DNA of 64,000 nt from an uncultured Bacteroidales bacterium (GTDB taxonomy: Bacteria > Bacteroidota > Bacteroidia > Bacteroidales > VadinHA17): the NCBI GenBank assembly GCA_963838215.1, contig CAWIQG010000003.1:64240-128239 (forward strand), read 5' to 3'. Below are positions 58,165 through 64,000 of the stretch, one piece after another. The notes under the pieces were generated by a model. That model was given only the letters and a program-made list of their open reading frames with translations, did no database searches and was not told where the DNA came from. A program made the translations under genes and the position numbers. Each line of letters opens with the position of its first letter. The first letter of the stretch is position 1.

Positions 58165-59508
58165 TTAATATATTCTCTCACCAAGTGCAGCTTTAAGTTT
58201 ATAAGCACTTGCTGCATAATCAATTTTAGCTTTTAAAAGCATCAACCTGCTTTCGGAAACAGCAGTATTGGCATCAAGCAGATCAAGATTTGTAATCACT
58301 CCCGATTTAAAGCTTGTCTCAGCTAAAGAATAAGCCTCCAGAGCCTGAGTTAGCTGCAGTTCAAACTGGTTTACTTTTTTCCCGGCTGCAAACATGTATG
58401 CTTCGGCCTCATAAAGTTCATTCGAGATATTCCGTTTTGTCAATTCAGATTCGTACGATAACGAAGTTATTGCAGATTGAGCCTGTGAAATATTATACTT
58501 ATTTTTCATTCCGTCAAAAAGCGGAATTCTGAGCCCCAGGCCAACTACATAATTTGGAGTGAACTTATTGAGATCTGGGATATATCCGTTCTTGGCTCCG
58601 GCAGATGCTTCTAAACTTAGCAAAGGTTTGTTCTGTAACTTTGTCATATTGTATCTCAACTCAGCTAAAGTGGCTCTTTTTTCATTAATTAGCACTTCAT
58701 CCCTGTTATGAAAAGCATAAGATATTATTGAATCTGATGAAATTGAAGGAATTCCGACTGATAATTCGGTTTTTACAACAGGATGAGTGGTCTGATCATT
58801 GCCAAGAAGGGAGTTCAGAGATGCCTGCTGAGCAGTGAGGGCCGCAATAAGGTCAACTTTCTGACTTTCAACAGTTGATATTTTGACTTTTGTCGAAAGA
58901 ATCTGATATTCTGTACCGGCCCCGGTAGCCTTCATCTTTTCAACATAGGCGAGGTGCTCATTTAACGTTACCAGCTGCTCATCCTCAATTTTAATCGCAG
59001 CCTGAAGATAAGCCAGAGTATAAAAATTGTTCACGGCAAAAAGAGACAATTTTTGTTTTACCTGTTCAAGCGTCTGTTCGCTTATGGCTTTGTTTTCATT
59101 TTCGAAATTGATATTCTGCCGTGTCCGTCCAAAATCATATACTAGCTGTTCGTAATTTACAGATGCGGAATAATTGTTATTCGGATTAAGTTGAAAAGTC
59201 CCAAGCCCGGGAAAAGTGAATTTAATAACAGGTGCCATATTGGCAAAATCAGCAGTCATATCAAATACCGGGTTATAGCCGGTTTTAGCCAACCCTATCT
59301 TAGCATCAGCATTATTAATCGCTTCGCTTGCAGCTTTTACAGACGGATGGCTTGAAATTACCCTTTCAATTATATTTTTAAGCGATAAGGAATCTGTGCC
59401 CTGTTTTGCTTTCGTGTCCATGGCAACTTGAGCAATGATAATTTTATCAATAAAAAAGAAAAATAAAATGGCCGATAGGATTGATTTACTGGTTATTCGA
59501 TTATTCAT
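58165..59508 (-). CDS. TolC-family outer membrane efflux protein
   Basis: 447 aa, with a signal peptide and two OEP repeats with coiled-coil segments. It is the last gene of the efflux operon. Confidence 0.8.
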   Translation of the reverse strand: MNNRITSKSILSAILFFFFIDKIIIAQVAMDTKAKQGTDSLSLKNIIERVISSHPSVKAASEAINNADAKIGLAKTGYNPVFDMTADFANMAPVIKFTFPGLGTFQLNPNNNYSASVNYEQLVYDFGRTRQNINFENENKAISEQTLEQVKQKLSLFAVNNFYTLAYLQAAIKIEDEQLVTLNEHLAYVEKMKATGAGTEYQILSTKVKISTVESQKVDLIAALTAQQASLNSLLGNDQTTHPVVKTELSVGIPSISSDSIISYAFHNRDEVLINEKRATLAELRYNMTKLQNKPLLSLEASAGAKNGYIPDLNKFTPNYVVGLGLRIPLFDGMKNKYNISQAQSAITSLSYESELTKRNISNELYEAEAYMFAAGKKVNQFELQLTQALEAYSLAETSFKSGVITNLDLLDANTAVSESRLMLLKAKIDYAASAYKLKAALGERIY

Positions 59509-61123
59509 TTGAAGGTATATTTTTTATTTTTGATTTTTTGGAATGAAGAAAAATTACGGGGATTCCTCCAATCAGGGTTATGATTCCTGCAAGAAGAAAA
59601 TCATCATTAATCCCCTGTATATAAGATTGCTTATTCAGATTTGAAAGCAATAATGTCTGACTTACCCTGGTAGCAGTCTCAGGTGAGCTGCCGGTTTCAT
59701 ACTGTAGATGTGTTTTAAGGTTATTAATTGTTTTATGAAAAATTTCAGAGTTTGGCTTAATCGCACCACCATAAAGCTGACCGTAAAAATTGACTCTTGC
59801 TGTCAGAAAAGTAGCAAGTAATGCGACACCCAGACTTCCTCCCAGCTGCCTTATTGAATTGGTAATTGCAGATGCCTGTGCCATTTTTTCACGCGGTATT
59901 CCTGACAGTGATATTGTACTTAGCGCGGTGAACATCAGACCCATGGCAAAACCTCTGATATAGAGTGAAAGCATTACATATTTCAGTTCGGTCATCCACG
60001 ATAGCTTAGAGTTCAGATAGAAACTTAATGCAAACAGGATAACACCTATAAAAATAGGTAGTTTTGGATTTATCTTATCGGAAATTCTGCCCGAGATAGG
60101 TGCCATCGTCCCCTGTATAATACCTACAGGAAGAAATACAGAACCCGCCTGAAGGGCCGTGTAACCCATTGAATTCTGGAGGTATATGGGCAATAGAAAA
60201 GTGCTCCCAAACATTCCTAAACTGAAAATAAGAAGAATAATATTGGCAATACCAAAATTGTGATTATTCAGGAGCCTCAGATCAATCAGCGGCTCTTCAA
60301 CCAGGAATTCTGCGGTTAGAAAGACCGCTAAAGCAATCAGGGCAATTGCGGCGCTTGCCAGAATATATGGTGCATGCCATCCCGCAGAATTAGAAGCTGC
60401 ATTTCCCTGTGATAGGGCATAAAGTGTCAACGGAAGAAATATTGTGACAGAGATGAAGCCTATTAAATCGAATTTTCTTGCAAACCTGTTGATATACTCG
60501 CTTTGAATTATGATAGTGAATATCATAGCTAATATTCCTACCGGTATATTTACGTCAAATATCAGGGGCCAGTTGAAACGATCAATAAGGAAACCACCAA
60601 TAATGGGTCCGAATGAAACAGACGCTGCAGCTGCAATACCCCAGAATCCAAGAGCAATGCCTCTCTGGTGAGGTGGAAATTCCCTTGTTATAATTGCCAT
60701 TCCCAGCGGCTGAATAGTACCGGCTCCAAGGCCCTGAATTACCCTGGATGCGATAAGCATGTTTTCATCAGTGGACCTGCCACATAACATTGACCCAAGA
60801 GTGAAAAGGAATAACCCAATGAAATACAACCGTTTATAGCCGAATTTGTCTGCCAGCCAGCCCGAAGCGGGAAGGGCAACGGCCATTGCCAGCATATAAG
60901 CTGTTACAACCCATTCAATTTTATCGAGTCCTACGCCAAAGGACGCCATAATTTTAGGCAATCCCACATTCACAATTGTGGCATCAAGAACTGCCATAAA
61001 TGTTCCCAGCATAACATTGGCCAGCAGGAACCATTTGTAAGACACATGTTTAGGATGGAAAGGTGAATTACTTCCCCTGACCAGCATCCTGAGGTGATGG
61101 GATGGTGTTCTCCTTTTTTCCAT
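59501..61123 (-). CDS. MFS drug efflux transporter, DHA2 (EmrB/QacA) family, 14 TM
   Basis: The N-terminal block is MAVLDATIVNVGLPKI, motif A is GWLADKFGYKR, and the length is 540 aa. Confidence 0.85.
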   Translation of the reverse strand: MEKRRTPSHHLRMLVRGSNSPFHPKHVSYKWFLLANVMLGTFMAVLDATIVNVGLPKIMASFGVGLDKIEWVVTAYMLAMAVALPASGWLADKFGYKRLYFIGLFLFTLGSMLCGRSTDENMLIASRVIQGLGAGTIQPLGMAIITREFPPHQRGIALGFWGIAAAASVSFGPIIGGFLIDRFNWPLIFDVNIPVGILAMIFTIIIQSEYINRFARKFDLIGFISVTIFLPLTLYALSQGNAASNSAGWHAPYILASAAIALIALAVFLTAEFLVEEPLIDLRLLNNHNFGIANIILLIFSLGMFGSTFLLPIYLQNSMGYTALQAGSVFLPVGIIQGTMAPISGRISDKINPKLPIFIGVILFALSFYLNSKLSWMTELKYVMLSLYIRGFAMGLMFTALSTISLSGIPREKMAQASAITNSIRQLGGSLGVALLATFLTARVNFYGQLYGGAIKPNSEIFHKTINNLKTHLQYETGSSPETATRVSQTLLLSNLNKQSYIQGINDDFLLAGIITLIGGIPVIFLHSKKSKIKNIPSNE

Positions 61124-61125
61124 TG

Positions 61126-62133
61126 TTATTTCTTACTGATCTTTACAACTACTGACATTCCGGATAAAATATTGAATGAGGAAATCTCTTTATTGTTATC
61201 AGCACTGTCAATAGAGATCCTTACCGGGATACGCTGTGTAACCTTTGTAAAATTACCAGAAGCATTATTAGCCGGAATCAATGAGAATACTGATGCTGTG
61301 CTGGAACCGATCAGAAACACTTTACCATTAAATCTGACACCGGGAAATGCATCAATATAAAATCTTACTGACTGACCTATATGAACACCCGAGAGTTTTG
61401 TCTCTTCCAGAAATGACACAACCCAGAGATTTTTACTTAAAGTCATAGTTAAAACTGACTGACTTGGTTGTACTATATCACCCGGGAGCAGCCATCTTCT
61501 TGTAATTATTCCATCAGCGGGAGCATATAGCCTTGTATTTTTAAGCTGAGTATTAAGAACCTTTACCTGCGCGTTTGCAGTTTCTACTGCTGAGGAAGCA
61601 CTCGATATCATAGATTTTGAAACCAGGAGCTGTGATTTAGCAGCATCAAGCTGGGCTGATGCAGTTTCGTAACCTTTTTTAATATGATCAAATTGTTCGG
61701 TTGTGATGACACCACCGTCTAACTGACTTTTTGCTCTTGTAAGATCATCTGTGGCCCTATCAAGGTTTATCTCCAGTACCTTGATGCTTTTCTGATCGGA
61801 ACTATACTTAATTTCAGATTGTTCCAAATTAGCCAGCGACTGATCCCTCGCTGCGACAGACTGATTTCTCTGGGCCACTAAGTCAGAGCTGTCAATATCA
61901 GCCAGAAGGGTTCCTTTTTTCACAACATCACCTTCATCGGCATAAATAGCTGCTATTCTTCCTATAATCTTCGAACTGACACTTACATTGTCCGCATCAA
62001 CATGTGCATCATCTGTTGTCACATAATGCGAATAATCCGTGTACCAATACCATGCACCTGCTAGGACAATTAAAATTACAAATGCTAGTGGAATGTAAAC
62101 TTTGAGACGATTCTTTTTTAATTCTGGTTTCAT
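61126..62133 (-). CDS. HlyD-family membrane fusion protein (EmrA-like)
   Basis: An N-terminal TM, biotinyl-lipoyl-like segments, a long coiled coil, and a beta-barrel tail. Confidence 0.85.
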   Translation of the reverse strand: MKPELKKNRLKVYIPLAFVILIVLAGAWYWYTDYSHYVTTDDAHVDADNVSVSSKIIGRIAAIYADEGDVVKKGTLLADIDSSDLVAQRNQSVAARDQSLANLEQSEIKYSSDQKSIKVLEINLDRATDDLTRAKSQLDGGVITTEQFDHIKKGYETASAQLDAAKSQLLVSKSMISSASSAVETANAQVKVLNTQLKNTRLYAPADGIITRRWLLPGDIVQPSQSVLTMTLSKNLWVVSFLEETKLSGVHIGQSVRFYIDAFPGVRFNGKVFLIGSSTASVFSLIPANNASGNFTKVTQRIPVRISIDSADNNKEISSFNILSGMSVVVKISKK

Positions 62134-62180
62134 AAAATTAATTTGAATTTATTTTTATAGCTAATAATCATAATTATAAA

Positions 62181-62798
62181 TCACTTTGCTTCCAACCCTT
62201 TAATAAAAATATCTGTAAAGGCCATTGTTTTACCGAGAAGTCTGTCAAATTCTTCCTGCTCAATGAAGAGTGTTTTTTTATCATTCATTCCTGAAATCCT
62301 TAATCCCTTTAGCAGATCGAGAAAAAGCGAAGCTGTCTGATAAGTATCTTCAATGGAAAAAATTCCGTTTCTTATACCTTTCTCAAAAATTTGAACAATA
62401 ATCTCCTTTTCCTTTTCTTTAAACAGAATTATGGATTCCTTAAATACCGGTTTAAGGTCAGAATAAAATTCGAGTCTTAATCTGCTTAGATTTAATAAAG
62501 TGCGAAAATAGGAGAGGCGAGAAACAGCATATTCCCGAAGCAAAAGTTCAGGTTCCTGAATATTCACAATTTTTTCTGAAATTTTGTCAATGAACTCATT
62601 CTGTTCCTTTTCAACCACGGCTTTATAAAGACTCTCCTTATCAGGAAAATAGTAGTACAATGATGCCTTTGACAGTTGTATATTATCTGCAATTTCACGC
62701 ATTGAGACTTTCTCAATTCCGTACAATCCGAAGTGCTTTTGAGCCACTTCAATTATCAGCTGAACCTTTTTTCGTTTGTCAGAACCTGACTCTGTCAT
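62181..62798 (-). CDS. TetR-family transcriptional regulator
   Basis: The HTH is VSMREIADNIQLSKASLYYYFPDKESLY. The ATG at 62798 (MTESG...) is preferred, because the track start overlaps a promoter-like box. Confidence 0.85.
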   Translation of the reverse strand: MTESGSDKRKKVQLIIEVAQKHFGLYGIEKVSMREIADNIQLSKASLYYYFPDKESLYKAVVEKEQNEFIDKISEKIVNIQEPELLLREYAVSRLSYFRTLLNLSRLRLEFYSDLKPVFKESIILFKEKEKEIIVQIFEKGIRNGIFSIEDTYQTASLFLDLLKGLRISGMNDKKTLFIEQEEFDRLLGKTMAFTDIFIKGLEAK

Positions 62799-62819
62799 AC
62801 CCGTTTTCGTAAAAAGTTG

Positions 62820-62827
62820 CAAATATA
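62820..62827 (-). promoter_or_regulatory. Possible -7 promoter box of the tetR-efflux operon
   Basis: The minus strand reads TATATTTG (TAnnTTTG), about 22 nt upstream of the ATG at 62798. Confidence 0.3.
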
Positions 62828-63129
62828 ACAATCTACCTGACCTTTTTGTTTAAATAGTCAGATTTTATTAACATTATTTTTATGAGACTTTTGGATCATT
62901 AATATAAATCAATTGATTATCAACGTATTTGAAGTGATTGAAGATCTTCGCAGCAAGCTACGAGTATCTTCGATCCCCTAAGGTAATTTCTTAATGCTCG
63001 CTGACTCAGCAGCAAGCATCGGAGAATGCGCTCGTGGGGATTCAAAATAGTTAGTAATTCTTTCAAAGGAAATTGAGATTATGCTCTCAGAGTATCAGAT
63101 CAGCGAAACAAAATGCAAAAACCCAATGA

Positions 63130-64000
63130 TTAATTTGTAAAGAAGAATATCATTAATATAGCTACTATGGTAATAAACATGCTTACTGGTAAACAAATCC
63201 AGAATAACTGTTTCCGGCTCAAGTTACTCTTTGTCCAGGACCTCCTTACATTTCTCAGACTTAAATGTAAACCTGTTAGTACCATGATCGACTGAAGCCA
63301 TGGAATGAACTGAGGCAAAAATTGGTGCCACGGAGTATTTGCAGTTCCAAAAAAATCCCAGCCCCATCCGAAAGGGTCAGATATTGATTGCTTTATGAAG
63401 GTCACATTTACGAAGAGCATCGGGATCACAAATGCTATCCAGAGCAAAAGGCCGAAGGGCAAAAGAGATCCTGAAAATTCAAAAAATACCTCTTTTATGC
63501 TTTTGCATATTTTTGATAACCGGACGCCTGTATATGCCAGCAAGTATAAAATGCCAGGCATAATAATAAAGACTGACGTCCACATTATTGCAGAATATAT
63601 TCCAAAAAGCCCCCAGTTATGCTTATCCATAATATTCACATAATCACGAACAATGGGCCATGGTCCCTGATACAGAATGCAATAAATTATAGCTATTGTA
63701 AATATTGCAATTGTCATAAATGCTTCACTCATGTTGCGTGTCCCGTTTTCAACAGCGAATGACCTTGTGTAAAGTGATACATTATTATAAGAACAGCTTC
63801 TGGTACATTCAAGACATAGTCCGCAATCTGAATTTTCTTTTATCTCACCAACATTAAGACCATAAGGACATGCCCAACCGTTTGCATTCCCATTCTGGCA
63901 GTAATGTGGTTTACACTGGTCACACACCTCCTGCGATTTATTTCTGAGTGAAAGAAAACTCATTCTGGAATATGGTCCTATGAAAACGCTGACGGGGCAT
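63130..64000 (-). CDS. 4Fe-4S ferredoxin-type domain membrane protein (5' end outside the window)
   Basis: The frame stays open to the window edge. A Cys-rich region includes CGLCLECTRSC (CxxCxxCxxxC), followed by about 5 TM helices. Confidence 0.55.
   Translation of the reverse strand, partial: CPVSVFIGPYSRMSFLSLRNKSQEVCDQCKPHYCQNGNANGWACPYGLNVGEIKENSDCGLCLECTRSCSYNNVSLYTRSFAVENGTRNMSEAFMTIAIFTIAIIYCILYQGPWPIVRDYVNIMDKHNWGLFGIYSAIMWTSVFIIMPGILYLLAYTGVRLSKICKSIKEVFFEFSGSLLPFGLLLWIAFVIPMLFVNVTFIKQSISDPFGWGWDFFGTANTPWHQFLPQFIPWLQSIMVLTGLHLSLRNVRRSWTKSNLSRKQLFWICLPVSMFITIVAILMIFFFTN

Noticed and set aside
62832-62880. TetR operator candidate CTGAC-N16-GTCAG upstream of the efflux operon
   Set aside because: The arms are only 5 bp with a long spacer in AT-rich DNA, which is easily explained by chance.

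Overview
The window looks like a low-GC Bacteroidota chromosome segment. This is supported by a Bat aerotolerance operon, TonB-dependent receptor/lipoprotein loci, TTTG-N20-TAnnTTTG type promoters, A-rich leaders in place of Shine-Dalgarno sites, and several TTG/GTG starts. It is gene dense and mostly housekeeping or accessory metabolism.

Gene order:
- pyrG (5' truncated) and yidC
- a LacI regulator and a transglutaminase-like lipoprotein
- a cobalamin-riboswitch-controlled B12 uptake locus: TonB receptor, beta-propeller lipoprotein, BtuFCD-like ABC system
- a TlpA-like thioredoxin, a GT2 glycosyltransferase, a ComB-like phosphatase, YihY and BioG
- an unannotated structured RNA candidate
- an AraC regulator with two tandem fused LeuC-LeuD-like aconitase-family genes
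- tRNA-Arg(UCU), followed by about 5 kb of minus-strand accessory genes for secreted proteins and lipoproteins
- an M50 protease and a DUF4105 protein
- the MoxR/DUF58/BatA-E operon
- a lipoprotein, a DmsC-like membrane protein and a PLP enzyme
- ung and a CYTH protein
- a KamA-family aminomutase operon with two Ddl-like ATP-grasp ligases, one of them split
- arfB, an EamA transporter and a DUF169 protein
- a rhamnose utilisation cluster: GH78, rhaT, rhaM, rhaA and a kinase
- a TetR-controlled EmrAB/TolC-type efflux operon
- a truncated 4Fe-4S membrane protein at the window edge

No CRISPR array, transposase, integrase or recognisable defence system was seen. The most interesting items are:
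- the orphan kamA plus two ATP-grasp operon, a possible beta-lysine conjugate pathway
- the roughly 250-nt structured RNA candidate, which has its own promoter and terminator
- the AraC-linked pair of fused aconitase-family paralogues
- the orphan DmsC-like/PLP-enzyme module
- unusual simple-sequence repeats abutting stop and start codons

All product calls come from motif recognition by eye. No database search or folding program was run.
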